This document shows, in pieces, positions 1 to 9,117 of a stretch of DNA of 64,000 nucleotides (the first letter of the stretch is position 1; each line of letters starts with the position of its first letter). A program made the position numbers and the translations under genes. This stretch comes from Lachnospiraceae bacterium (GTDB lineage: Bacteria > Bacillota > Clostridia > Lachnospirales > Lachnospiraceae): NCBI GenBank assembly GCA_014804795.1, contig JAAUZC010000022.1:2117-66116 (forward strand), written 5' to 3'. The notes under the pieces are model-generated. The model was not told the origin of the DNA. It saw only the letters and a program-made list of their open reading frames with translations, and did not search any database.

Positions 1-204
1 CACATACAAATCATGCATCACATCTTCCGCATCCTGTATATTCTTCAAAATGGACAGCGCAAACCCGAATACAGGCGCACTCGTCCTGTAGTAGAGTTCT
101 TCCAATGCTTTTACATCCTGTTTTTTCATTCCTGAAAGGCACTGTTCTACCGCATAGGCATCACAGTCCGCTTTTCTCTTATCTGCAGACGTCAAGCTAA
201 ACAT
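1..204 (-). CDS. ECF-type RNA polymerase sigma-70 factor, N-terminal part (gene runs off the window start)
   Basis: Not in the ORF track; translated by hand from ATG at 204 with AGGGG SD-like sequence upstream: MFSLTSADKRKADCDAYAVEQCLSGMKKQDVKALEELYYRTSAPVFGFALSILKNIQDAEDVMHDLYV. ALEELY...FALSILKN..DAEDV is typical of sigma region 2. Confidence 0.8.
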   Translation of the reverse strand, partial: MFSLTSADKRKADCDAYAVEQCLSGMKKQDVKALEELYYRTSAPVFGFALSILKNIQDAEDVMHDLYV

Positions 205-347
205 GTTATTGTTTACCCCTTTCCTGTAGTTAATACATGGGCAGGTGATTTTATTGCATGATAATTTATTTTTTCAAATTATTTTGTTATCTCATCAAAT
301 ACATGTTAGCAACTTACGAAATGTTTTGTAAAGTATTTCTCATCTAT

Positions 348-1346
348 TTACTTTAATATCTGTAATAAATACCGGATCCAGTTTCTGCCAAGTACTTTCT
401 TCACCGCTTCTATCGACATTCCCCGCCGCAGCAGACATGCTGTGACGCGTTTAAGTTCTCCATAGCCTGTAAGTATAGTTCCCTCCCCGAGATCAAGTCC
501 AAATCCCACATGATCTTCTCCTGCGGTTTTCATCAGATAAACAATGTGGTCGCACAGGGCTTCAATCTCAGGCTTTTGTGATTTGTTATCCTGCACAAAA
601 TCATGATAGGCATTGACGCCGATCACACCTTCCCGCCCTGCAATTTCCTTTATTTCTTCATCCGTCAGATTTCTCTCGTCATCCAATAATGCCGCCGCAT
701 TGGAATGAGTTGCCGCAAAAGGTCTTTTTGTAAAAGAAGGCAGAAGCCACGCCGCCTCTCTGCTCAAATGGCTGCTGTCCACAAAAATCCCCAGTTTCTC
801 CATCAGAAAGAGAGCCTGCACGCCTTTCTCTGTGATAGCCTCCATTCCGTTTCTCCTGTCATTCCATGTAAGCGCCGCTCCCCGCACTCCCATCATCCAG
901 AAACAACGCAAAAGCTCCGGGTCTCCGTCCAGTACATCAAGTCCTTCCAAATAGAGCAAAATACCCACTCTGTGATGTATTGGCAGGCATCTTTTTGGCG
1001 TTATCCTCAAAAGAGACTCCTTATCTGTGACAAGCTGAACCTTTCCTTTTGTCTCCTCCAAATCCGTATAAAAGGCCGCTAACATTTCCATTCCCTTTTT
1101 TAGCAAAGTGCCTCCCGAAAAAGTACCGTTTTCCTTGCAGTCTTCCAACTCGTCCGCACCCAAAAAAAGCGATGCAAATATCAAATTTACACCACTTTTT
1201 ACAAATTCCTTTTTGTAATACTGATTTAAAATACCTCTTTCACCCTTTAGGCGTCTTCTGTAAATATCCGTCACAAGATCCCGATGTCCATCCACTACCG
1301 GAAATGTTCTGTGCAGATAAGCCGCATACCAGTCAAAATAGTCCAT
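348..1346 (-). CDS. Membrane/renal dipeptidase family (peptidase M19) protein
   Basis: 332 aa; motifs VVDGHRD, LYLEG, VDSSHLS, THSNA, DHVGFGLD. Confidence 0.85.
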   Translation of the reverse strand: MDYFDWYAAYLHRTFPVVDGHRDLVTDIYRRRLKGERGILNQYYKKEFVKSGVNLIFASLFLGADELEDCKENGTFSGGTLLKKGMEMLAAFYTDLEETKGKVQLVTDKESLLRITPKRCLPIHHRVGILLYLEGLDVLDGDPELLRCFWMMGVRGAALTWNDRRNGMEAITEKGVQALFLMEKLGIFVDSSHLSREAAWLLPSFTKRPFAATHSNAAALLDDERNLTDEEIKEIAGREGVIGVNAYHDFVQDNKSQKPEIEALCDHIVYLMKTAGEDHVGFGLDLGEGTILTGYGELKRVTACLLRRGMSIEAVKKVLGRNWIRYLLQILK

Positions 1347-1471
1347 TCACTTCTCCTGTCCCTTTTTTCCAGTATATGCGCCTGCCCGCCAGTATATATT
1401 CAAAAAAGTATTCCGGATTTTCGAGTTCGCGAAGCGAATCTCGTAATGCGTCGCTGTCTGGCGACGCTATT

Positions 1472-1990
1472 TTATTGCACACCGAGTATCTCCCGCTTTT
1501 TCCCGATCTTCTCTGCAATAAACTCTCCCACTTTCTCTCTCGGTATCTGCAGAGAAAACGCAAGTTCTCCGTACAGGCTGTCCTGCACCATATTCAGATA
1601 TCTTTCATCGCTGCTGGTTACTTTCTTTCCTTTCTCCAGTCTTTCCATCTTACGCATATAGATCGTTTTGATCATCTGCACCCATGCCCTGCAGTCACAT
1701 TTTTTCATCGTTTCCTTATAAATCTCTTCCCGATTCTTCTCGTCATTAATTCGCAGCGCATCAATATTTTCCATTGAATCGATCAAAGCATCGCTCTCCT
1801 GCTTTGTCATAGTCCGGCGGATCACTACTTTATCACTGTCCACTACCGTGTAGAGCCTGCTGTTTCGACCATACACAGGAACTAACGTATAATAATCCTT
1901 ATCACTGCTGCCGATTGACAAAGGACCTATATCCTCAATCTTACATACTCCGGCATTCCCATATACAACATATTCCCCCACTTTAAACAT
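1472..1990 (-). CDS. CarD family transcriptional regulator
   Basis: MFKVGEYVVYGNAGVCKIEDI N-terminus is characteristic of CarD/TRCF-RID; start refined from track 2047 to ATG 1990 (GAAAGG SD-like upstream). Confidence 0.85.
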   Translation of the reverse strand: MFKVGEYVVYGNAGVCKIEDIGPLSIGSSDKDYYTLVPVYGRNSRLYTVVDSDKVVIRRTMTKQESDALIDSMENIDALRINDEKNREEIYKETMKKCDCRAWVQMIKTIYMRKMERLEKGKKVTSSDERYLNMVQDSLYGELAFSLQIPREKVGEFIAEKIGKKREILGVQ

Positions 1991-2241
1991 TTCTCTGCCT
2001 TTCTGCTCATATAAAAGCAATAAACGCCATTTACCCAAACCGCTCACTGCTAAAAAATCTATTCACTTTTCAGAAAGCGAACAGATTTTGTATTGATACT
2101 CTTTATCAGTTCTGCTATATTTATTTTAACAGATTTTTCAGCATTTTGTAAGTCAATATTTCAAAAAAATTACGTTTTTGTGAAATATAGTCAATAATAT
2201 TATGTAAACTTTTGTGTAATTTTACAAGGATATGAAATTCA

Positions 2242-4194
2242 ATGATGAAAATACGCTTTCTGAGGATATTTTTGAATATATTTTTAGTGTGTCTGCCTGC
2301 CTTTTTATTGACAGGCTGCGGTATCCATTCCTCTGATATTCCGTCAGTTCCGGATGCAGAAGAAACGGAAGATGAAACTCCCGATTCCGAAGAGACAAGA
2401 TCATCCGCCCATTCTCCTTCGCCCTTTTCTCATGCAAAAACGCAGCCTGCTCCCGCAAATGACGGCTATGTCTTTCCTGAAACCGCTCCTTTTATCGACG
2501 ACACGGGAAAATCCATGCAGCGAAGCGGGAACTGTCTCTATAGTTACTATAGCGGACGGCTGATATGCTTTGACAGTGAAACGGAAGAAACCACTTTGAT
2601 CTACCAGACGGCTTCCACGCACCTGCTCAATTTCTGCATGTACGAAAACGACATCTACTTTGTGGAGAGAGCAGGCTATGATTCCCTGGACAACAGAGAT
2701 ACCTCTCTCTGGCGTATCGGAAAAGACGGCAGTGATCTCACACTTTTACAGGATGATATCCCAAATACCAGTCTGATGCAGCACACTCTGAACTACTCTA
2801 TTGATATCTATCATGATATCATTTATCTGATGTATTATACTTCGGAGTATCATAACGGAAGCTATGTCACCCAAACTGCCAATCTCTATTACCGGCTGGA
2901 ACGTGACGGTAGTGTCAGTGAAGCAGAAGAATCTGAAACCCTTTACGGCGTACTGCCCAGGCGTTTTTCCCCGATCAGTGATTCTGATTTCCCCTCATTT
3001 CCTTATGCCATGCGCAACTATGGCTATATTTTCATGCAGGACTCTGCCGGAATACTGTACCGCATGGATCCTGTAAGCGGCGTCCGGGAAAGCCTCTCGA
3101 TCAATACGGGCGACGGCTCCTATATCTCCTCCTTTACTTTTTGCGGAGATCTGGTTTTTTTGTGCTCTTATTATCATGACGAGTCCTCCCTTTTTGATCT
3201 CTCCAGTAATTCTTATGTTGCGACAGATATTCTTTCTTTCGACTCCATATCCTACCTCTCGGTTTTTTCGTCCGAACAGGGCTTTTTCTTCTGCGGTAAG
3301 CTGTGGAAAGAAGATGATAAAACTTTCACTCCGTTCCACATTTTGCATATTTTGCCGGATGGCTCCGTAAATACGCTGTTCTCCGATACATCGCAGACTC
3401 TCGAAGAAGACTTTTACAATGCGTACCTCAGAAGCGACAGTTGTTTTTTTGAAGATTATTTTTACTATTATAATCGGGATGAGAGTGAAAACTGTCTCAT
3501 GCGGTTTCCTGTTCAGAAAACACCCAAAGTTCAAGAGCTGGAGACATGGTCATTATATACGGCTACCTCCCCTGCCGCTTTTACCGTAGAAGAAAGAAAC
3601 GATACAGTCGAAATCGGAGAGTCCGGCTCTGTTTCCTGCTCTGTCAAAAAACTGTTCCTCGAGGAAAAGACCCGCAGTGACACGCTGATCAACAGTTCGC
3701 TCAGGGAAGTCTATGAAGATTTCGAAAATTATGTGGAGAGTGTTATACAGGAAGAGCAAGAAGAATTTGAAGAAGACCCTGATTTTTATAATAATTCTGA
3801 CTATTCATCAAGGTACGATTTCTCCCTCTCTGTCTACTGCGACTATATGGATGATGACACGATCTCTTTTGGCTGCAGTTATTATCAGTATTACGCTTAT
3901 GCGGCACACGGTTACTACTGGAACGATTATTATGTATTTGACAGACATACCGGAGAGAGACTTTCCTTCGAGGATTTTGCGGGAAATTCCGCTACAGTAC
4001 TTAATGTTGCATACCCCTACGTCGAGCAGGCCGCAGGATGGGCATTTGATTCGGAAATGTTGTTGGATATTTCGCGCTTTTCTCTCTCCGAGGACGGCTA
4101 TACTTTGTATTTTGCACCCTATGATATTGACTGCTATGCTGCCGGTTCCTTTTTAATCACGATTCCTTATGAAGCTTTTGAGAAGGAATTGTAA
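2242..4194 (+). CDS. Lipoprotein with probable beta-propeller-like middle region and C-terminal DUF3298 (RsiV/PdaC-like) domain
   Basis: 650 aa; signal peptide with lipobox LLTGC; acidic linker; C-terminus YTLYFAPYDIDCYAAGSFLITIPY resembles DUF3298. Confidence 0.65.
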   Translation: MMKIRFLRIFLNIFLVCLPAFLLTGCGIHSSDIPSVPDAEETEDETPDSEETRSSAHSPSPFSHAKTQPAPANDGYVFPETAPFIDDTGKSMQRSGNCLYSYYSGRLICFDSETEETTLIYQTASTHLLNFCMYENDIYFVERAGYDSLDNRDTSLWRIGKDGSDLTLLQDDIPNTSLMQHTLNYSIDIYHDIIYLMYYTSEYHNGSYVTQTANLYYRLERDGSVSEAEESETLYGVLPRRFSPISDSDFPSFPYAMRNYGYIFMQDSAGILYRMDPVSGVRESLSINTGDGSYISSFTFCGDLVFLCSYYHDESSLFDLSSNSYVATDILSFDSISYLSVFSSEQGFFFCGKLWKEDDKTFTPFHILHILPDGSVNTLFSDTSQTLEEDFYNAYLRSDSCFFEDYFYYYNRDESENCLMRFPVQKTPKVQELETWSLYTATSPAAFTVEERNDTVEIGESGSVSCSVKKLFLEEKTRSDTLINSSLREVYEDFENYVESVIQEEQEEFEEDPDFYNNSDYSSRYDFSLSVYCDYMDDDTISFGCSYYQYYAYAAHGYYWNDYYVFDRHTGERLSFEDFAGNSATVLNVAYPYVEQAAGWAFDSEMLLDISRFSLSEDGYTLYFAPYDIDCYAAGSFLITIPYEAFEKEL

Positions 4195-4197
4195 TCC

Positions 4198-6879
4198 CTA
4201 CTGCTCTCTTTTCAACGTCTCATAATTATATTTATCCGCCTCCGAAATTTTCTCCGTCCTGATCTCTCCCTCCTGACTGCTCAGCACAAGATGACTATGC
4301 TCCAGATAATAAGAAAGGTTATCCGCCCAGTCATGGAACATTTCATCATCATACCTCAGATTATCGTCTCCGCCAAAATCGAATCTGCTTCCTGCGATCT
4401 GCCGTATCTCTCCCGTTTCTCCGAACCGGTATACCTGATAGCCGTAAGAACCGAAAGAATCTCTATCCTCGATAGTCACTGTCAATATATAATTGATTCC
4501 TTCCGCATCTCCGATATACACATTATTCCAGCCTGCCCTTGCCGCATGGGCAAATTCTGTTCCAAGTACGTATCCGTCTGTATCTTTAAAGAGCACCACA
4601 CCGCTCTCCCCGTCTCCTATATTGCCGGTGTAAACTTCTATCTGTTCTATCCCTGCTCTGTCACCGATATCCGCCGTTTCTGTTCCTGATAATGTATAGT
4701 ATTTTCTCAATATATCCTCTTCTGTGATATAGACGCCACCTCCCGCATTTTCCGCATACGAATCCCACATATCCGCTACCGGTCTTTCATAGCTGAATCC
4801 ATTCACGTAATAACCGCTCTCCAGATCTGCGCGCACGATCAGATTGTTCTCCATTTCACAGTATACTGTCGGATTGATAACCTTTACTGACTGTGTGATC
4901 AGATCCGCAAACTTATCAAAACTTACGGGAGAATAGGAAATCTTATCTTTCTCCCAGTTTACCCTGAATACGCAGTCATCCGCGAAGGTCAGCAGCGGAA
5001 GATCTCCCTCCGTTTCTTCATCCGTCACATACAGGTCAAACCCTCTTGCGCTGTTTGATATGGAGCGCACATACACCACATACATGCCGTCCGGAAATTC
5101 CCCTTTGGCAAGCAACTCCGGAGAGAGCACAAGTCCCCCGCCCCGTGTATCAATGGAGAGCATATCTTCAGACAGTATATTCGTATCATCAGCCGCGCTG
5201 CTTCCCTGCTCCATATCATCCGGAAGAACATCGGCATCTGTTCCATCCTCTTCCTTCTGCAATGTATTTGCCGATATCTCTCTTACCGGCGTCGCACTGA
5301 CACCGAAACCAAACTCCGATAAAAAGACTTCCGTATCCTCTGCGCTCAGTTCCACCCAGATATCATAGTGCTCCGCATCCACCGATAAAACTTCCGTAGA
5401 CGCGAGCAGTAACTGTCCGGGCTCCGGCTCCTGCATGGACAGGTAAATCTCCTCCGTGGTATCTGCCTTCCGGTAATGATAAATTTCCAGTGTATCTCCC
5501 GCCTCGGCTCCGGCCGCCATTCCGAGCGGCACTGTAAAGAGATACTTATCCTCTTCCTGTCTTATCAGAGAAAAACCCTCACCCATTACCTGAATGCTCT
5601 CCGCCTCTCCTGCAGGTACAGGATTGAAATTATACAGAGTCTGCCCGTAATGATCCGAAGTGACCATCCTTATCTTTTTCTCCGGCGAAAAAGTGATCCG
5701 CAGAAGATCGCCGGGCAGAATCATCTCTTCGGCATCTCTCTCCAGATAAAGAGAAACATCTTTTGCATCCGGCAATGCCACATCTCCGAATCTTGGAATC
5801 CGCACCACCGTTTTCGATGCGCCTTCTCTTCCCTCCACTTCTGTCACTACACCGTAAAAAATATTCGGATTTTCTTTTGCTTTCGCCGGATTGGCAAGAA
5901 AAACCACCGCCAGTATAATACTGACAAAAGCCGCCGCACCCGCCAAAAACGCCGCGGGCCTTTTATAACGCAGTACATTTTTAATTCTGCTCCCCGTATC
6001 GCTTTCCCCGAAAGCAAGTGGAATTCCCTTTATGATCCTGCCTCCTGCCGCCATGCTTAAGAGCGAAGCCGAATATTCCTTTTTCACTTTGCTGCCCAGT
6101 CTGCGAATTACCGCTTCATCACAGGACATCTCCATGTCTCTCCCGCTGAGTATAAAGGCCACCCAGACAAACGGGTTAAACCAGTGCAGCCAGAGTGCCA
6201 GATAAGCAAGAAGTCTGAAAACCGCATCTCCCCTTTTTATATGAATCTGTTCATGCAGCAAAATATACTGCTCCTCTGCCGCCTGCAGCTTCTGCGGCAG
6301 ATAAATTCTGGGACGATAAAGCCCATAGACAAAAGGTGATCCTTTACCCTGAAAGCGATATATATTCTCTTTTTCATACACAGCGCCTTTCAAGCTTTTC
6401 TTAAATCTCCACAGAGAGATAACACTGTAAACCCCCATACTCATAACGCCAAGAAGCCACACATATGCGCCGATCATTAAACAAATCTGCATGGGATTGA
6501 CGGACGCCTCCTGGCTGGCAAGCGGCAGATACTCACTGACCGCCTCGCCTACGCCGGGCACGGGCAGAGTGACCTGCGGCTTTTCCCAAAATCCGATATC
6601 CTCCGCAATATACTCCATTCTCCCCTCTACGGGCGGTTCATTTTGCAGTGCGCCGAGAAGAGATACCGGCAGAGAAAAAGAAACCGGACAAAGCAGTCTG
6701 AAAAGTACCACAGCCCAAAGCATGTATGAAAAAATTCTCGGCGCCCTTTTTAACAGAAGCCTTGCCAGAATCACCGCCAAAATCACCACACAGGCAGTAA
6801 GGCTCATATTCAGGATAAGAATAAAAATCTTTTCCAGACCCTCTTCAAATATCTGTATCATCATCGTCTCTTTCCTCAT
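4198..6879 (-). CDS. BlaR1/MecR1-like M56 family membrane metalloprotease-sensor
   Basis: N-terminal TM helices, HEQIH (HExxH) zinc motif, WFNPFVW and DMEMSCDE typical of M56; long acidic C-terminal extracellular region; true start may be ATG 6864; overlaps the blaI-like gene. Confidence 0.85.
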   Translation of the reverse strand: MRKETMMIQIFEEGLEKIFILILNMSLTACVVILAVILARLLLKRAPRIFSYMLWAVVLFRLLCPVSFSLPVSLLGALQNEPPVEGRMEYIAEDIGFWEKPQVTLPVPGVGEAVSEYLPLASQEASVNPMQICLMIGAYVWLLGVMSMGVYSVISLWRFKKSLKGAVYEKENIYRFQGKGSPFVYGLYRPRIYLPQKLQAAEEQYILLHEQIHIKRGDAVFRLLAYLALWLHWFNPFVWVAFILSGRDMEMSCDEAVIRRLGSKVKKEYSASLLSMAAGGRIIKGIPLAFGESDTGSRIKNVLRYKRPAAFLAGAAAFVSIILAVVFLANPAKAKENPNIFYGVVTEVEGREGASKTVVRIPRFGDVALPDAKDVSLYLERDAEEMILPGDLLRITFSPEKKIRMVTSDHYGQTLYNFNPVPAGEAESIQVMGEGFSLIRQEEDKYLFTVPLGMAAGAEAGDTLEIYHYRKADTTEEIYLSMQEPEPGQLLLASTEVLSVDAEHYDIWVELSAEDTEVFLSEFGFGVSATPVREISANTLQKEEDGTDADVLPDDMEQGSSAADDTNILSEDMLSIDTRGGGLVLSPELLAKGEFPDGMYVVYVRSISNSARGFDLYVTDEETEGDLPLLTFADDCVFRVNWEKDKISYSPVSFDKFADLITQSVKVINPTVYCEMENNLIVRADLESGYYVNGFSYERPVADMWDSYAENAGGGVYITEEDILRKYYTLSGTETADIGDRAGIEQIEVYTGNIGDGESGVVLFKDTDGYVLGTEFAHAARAGWNNVYIGDAEGINYILTVTIEDRDSFGSYGYQVYRFGETGEIRQIAGSRFDFGGDDNLRYDDEMFHDWADNLSYYLEHSHLVLSSQEGEIRTEKISEADKYNYETLKREQ

Positions 6880-7240
6880 ACTCCTCGATCATTTTTTTCA
6901 GTTCCGCTATTTCTCTCCCGCTCAACTTTCTTCTGCGGGAAAATGCGGCCAAAAAGATCGGCAGCGACCCGCCAAAATTTTCATTGAGAAACAGTTCCCC
7001 CTGCGCTGCCTGAAACTCTTCCCTTGTCATACGCACTACGACCGTGCCGTTTTCATTGGCAAACAGGTTTCGCTCGCAAAGCCTTTTTAACATTGTATAA
7101 GTGGTAGTGCGCTTCCAGTCAAAAGACTTTTCACAAAGTTTGACCAGTTCCCCGCTCGCAACAGGTGCGTTTTCCCAGATCAGATCCGCAAATTTCTGTT
7201 CCATCTCCCCTAATTTATATGGATGCATATTAATAACCAT
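6845..7240 (-). CDS. BlaI/MecI/CopY family transcriptional repressor
   Basis: LGEMEQKFADLIW...WKRTTTYTMLKRLCERN...FLAAFS...LSGREIAELKKMI; paired with M56 gene; start may be ATG 7228. Confidence 0.9.
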   Translation of the reverse strand: MVINMHPYKLGEMEQKFADLIWENAPVASGELVKLCEKSFDWKRTTTYTMLKRLCERNLFANENGTVVVRMTREEFQAAQGELFLNENFGGSLPIFLAAFSRRRKLSGREIAELKKMIEEYEERDDDDTDI

Positions 7241-7344
7241 GCCCTTTCCACAACCTGCAAACTTTTATGCATGTTCTTTATGCATTGCGCAGGCACAATA
7301 TCTGCAAGACGAATAAATTCGTCTGTGAAAAATTTATTTTTCAC
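7210..7344 (-). CDS. Putative 44-codon upstream ORF overlapping the blaI-like start
   Basis: AAAGGAG SD 6 nt before GTG 7344; reads MKNKFFTDEFIRLADIVPAQCIKNMHKSLQVVERAWLLICIHIN*; no recognisable family. Confidence 0.3.
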   Translation of the reverse strand: MKNKFFTDEFIRLADIVPAQCIKNMHKSLQVVERAWLLICIHIN

Positions 7345-7360
7345 ACTAAACTCCTTTCAT

Positions 7361-7413
7361 TGTCTAATGACATTAGACACATTTAGTCTAACACCATTAG
7401 ACATATATGTCAA
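7361..7413 (-). promoter_or_regulatory. Sigma-A promoter with two palindromic operators (GTCTAA-N5-TTAGAC) upstream of the blaI-blaR1-like operon
   Basis: TTGACA (7408-7413), 17 nt, TAGACT (7385-7390); palindromes TGTCTAATGACATTAGACA (7361-7379) and GTCTAACACCATTAGAC (7386-7402), the second overlapping the -10 and spacer. Confidence 0.75.
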
Positions 7414-7487
7414 GGAATAAACTTTTTTGAATACACCAAAATGAGCCGGCCTGTTTTTAAAACAAACCAGCTCATCAAGTCCTTTCA

Positions 7488-8633
7488 TCAGCCAAACAAT
7501 TCTCTCGTCTTCTTCATACGCTCTGCAATACTTACATGGAACGGACATCTGCTCTCACAGCTCTTGCAGGAGATACAGTCCGCCGCATTCGCTTTTAATT
7601 CCTGATAATGCGCACGCACTGTGCCGGGCACTTCCGCCTGCATCGTCGCCAGGTCATATAATTTATTTACCATTGCGATATCTATCTTCTTCGGACAGGG
7701 CGCGCAATGACCGCAATATGTACACTGCCCGGTGGAAAATGCGTGTTTCGGTGCACCCGCAAGCACACTTGCATAATCCTTTTCCTCATCCGATGCCGTC
7801 TCATAAGCCGTTGCCGCATAGACATGTTCCGGGGTATCAAAGCCTGCCATTACACTTGCCACGGCCGGTCTCGTCAGCGCATAATGCAGACACTGTACCG
7901 GTGTCAGTGTCACGCCGAAAGGTGATGTCTTTGCATCAAAGAGTCTTCCCCCGGCATACCCTTTCATCACTGTAATCCCTACGCCGCGCTGCTCGCACAG
8001 TTTATACAATTCTTCTCTGATTGGCGCAATACCGCCCAAATTCTCATCATAAGCGTCCGCGAAATACTCATCAAGATCTCTCACCGCCGGCAGCATATCA
8101 AAAGCCGGATTGATACTGAACAATATCATTTCTATCTCACCCTGCAATGCCGCCATTTTGGCAACTTCCGGATTGTGGGTGCTCAGGCCGATATGGCGGA
8201 TTTTCCCCTCACTCTTTAATTCGCGTACATAATCCATAAATTCGCCGGTTGTCACACTTGTAAACTCGTCCGGTTCATCAATAAAATGTATCATACCCAG
8301 ATCCATATAGTTCGTCTGCATGCGCGTCAGCAGATCTTCAAATGCCGGTTTAACCTGTTCAAGATCTCTCGTTTTTACATACTGCCCATTCTGCCAGGTG
8401 GAACCGATATGCCCCTGAATCATCCACTTATCCCGTCTTCCTTTCAGCGCAAGTCCGATGTTCGAGCGCACATTCGGCTCGGACATCCAACAGTCCAGAA
8501 TATTGATGCCCTCCTTTTCACAGGTATCGATCACCTGTTTTACTTCCTCCGTATTATGGCGCTCCAGCCATTCACCGCCCAGACCAATCTCGCTTACCTT
8601 AAGCCCTGTTTTACCAAGTGTCCTGTACTGCAT
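7488..8633 (-). CDS. Aldo/keto reductase with C-terminal 4Fe-4S domain
   Basis: MQYRTLGKTGLKVSEIGLGG, GKIRHIGLSTH; C-terminal CTYCGHCAPCP and CISCKSCESRCP. Confidence 0.9.
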   Translation of the reverse strand: MQYRTLGKTGLKVSEIGLGGEWLERHNTEEVKQVIDTCEKEGINILDCWMSEPNVRSNIGLALKGRRDKWMIQGHIGSTWQNGQYVKTRDLEQVKPAFEDLLTRMQTNYMDLGMIHFIDEPDEFTSVTTGEFMDYVRELKSEGKIRHIGLSTHNPEVAKMAALQGEIEMILFSINPAFDMLPAVRDLDEYFADAYDENLGGIAPIREELYKLCEQRGVGITVMKGYAGGRLFDAKTSPFGVTLTPVQCLHYALTRPAVASVMAGFDTPEHVYAATAYETASDEEKDYASVLAGAPKHAFSTGQCTYCGHCAPCPKKIDIAMVNKLYDLATMQAEVPGTVRAHYQELKANAADCISCKSCESRCPFHVSIAERMKKTRELFG

Positions 8634-8676
8634 CCTGTTCCTCCCTCTAAATAATCTATCACTTCTGCTGTTATAA

Positions 8677-8744
8677 GCAACGACCGCACGCTTCGCGAAC
8701 GCTCTTATGCTGGCAACAACCGCACGCTTCGCGAACGGTTTTAT
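8677..8744 (+). repeat. Tandem pair of a 36-bp intergenic repeat (GCAACAACCGCACGCTTCGCGAACGGTTTTATGCTG-like)
   Basis: Copies at 8677-8712 and 8713-8744 differ at 3 of 32 positions; third copy inverted at 29064-29099. Confidence 0.85.
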
Positions 8745-8747
8745 ACT

Positions 8748-8790
8748 AAAAAGGCGTAAAACACGAACCGTTTCCGTTCAGCTTTACGCC
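8748..8790 (-). terminator. Intrinsic terminator after tRNA-Leu
   Basis: GGCGTAAA/TTTACGCC inverted repeat followed by a T-run on the minus strand. Confidence 0.65.
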
Positions 8791-8795
8791 ACTTA

Positions 8796-8878
8796 TGCAG
8801 GAGATGGGACTTGAACCCACACATAGTCACCTACGTCAGATTTTGAGTCTGATGCGTCTGCCATTCCGCCACTCCTGC
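8796..8878 (-). tRNA. tRNA-Leu (anticodon CAA)
   Basis: Acceptor GCAGGAG/CTCCTGC, D-arm GGCGGAATGGCAGACGC, anticodon arm CAGA-CTCAAAA-TCTG, long variable arm, GGTTCAAGTCC T-loop; CCA not encoded. Confidence 0.97.
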
Positions 8879-8936
8879 CTGTGTTTCATACAGAAAGTCC
8901 TAAAAAGTTCTTATGAAACTTCCTGCAACGAAAATA

Positions 8937-8965
8937 ATCATAACACATTTAGTGTCACTTGGCAA
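8937..8965 (-). promoter_or_regulatory. Sigma-A promoter for tRNA-Leu
   Basis: TTGCCA-17-TATGAT with TG extension. Confidence 0.65.
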
Positions 8966-9117
8966 GCACGAAAATGATCATTTTTTTGTATGCCGATTTG
9001 CAAAAGATAGTTGAAAAACCAGCAGGATAACAGCTATAATATTATCTGTCAGGAAATACGGTAAGTTAGTGTTATCGGTCATACAGATTATAAAACAAGA
9101 GAAAGCGAGGATTTTCC

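Noticed and set aside
1333-1563. 76-aa ORF between carD and the dipeptidase
   Set aside because: Overlaps carD out of frame by 92 nt and the dipeptidase start; no SD or recognisable motif.
7324-7345. TGTGAA...TTCACA palindrome as a Rex box
   Set aside because: Spacer is 10 nt, not the 4 nt of TTGTGAA-N4-TTCACAA; no convincing Rex site was found in the window.
8677-8744. 36-bp repeats as a CRISPR array
   Set aside because: Copies are directly adjacent with no spacers, only two in tandem, and no cas genes are in the window.
8796-8878. tRNA-Leu as an island integration site
   Set aside because: No integrase nearby and no duplicated tRNA 3' end found in the window.
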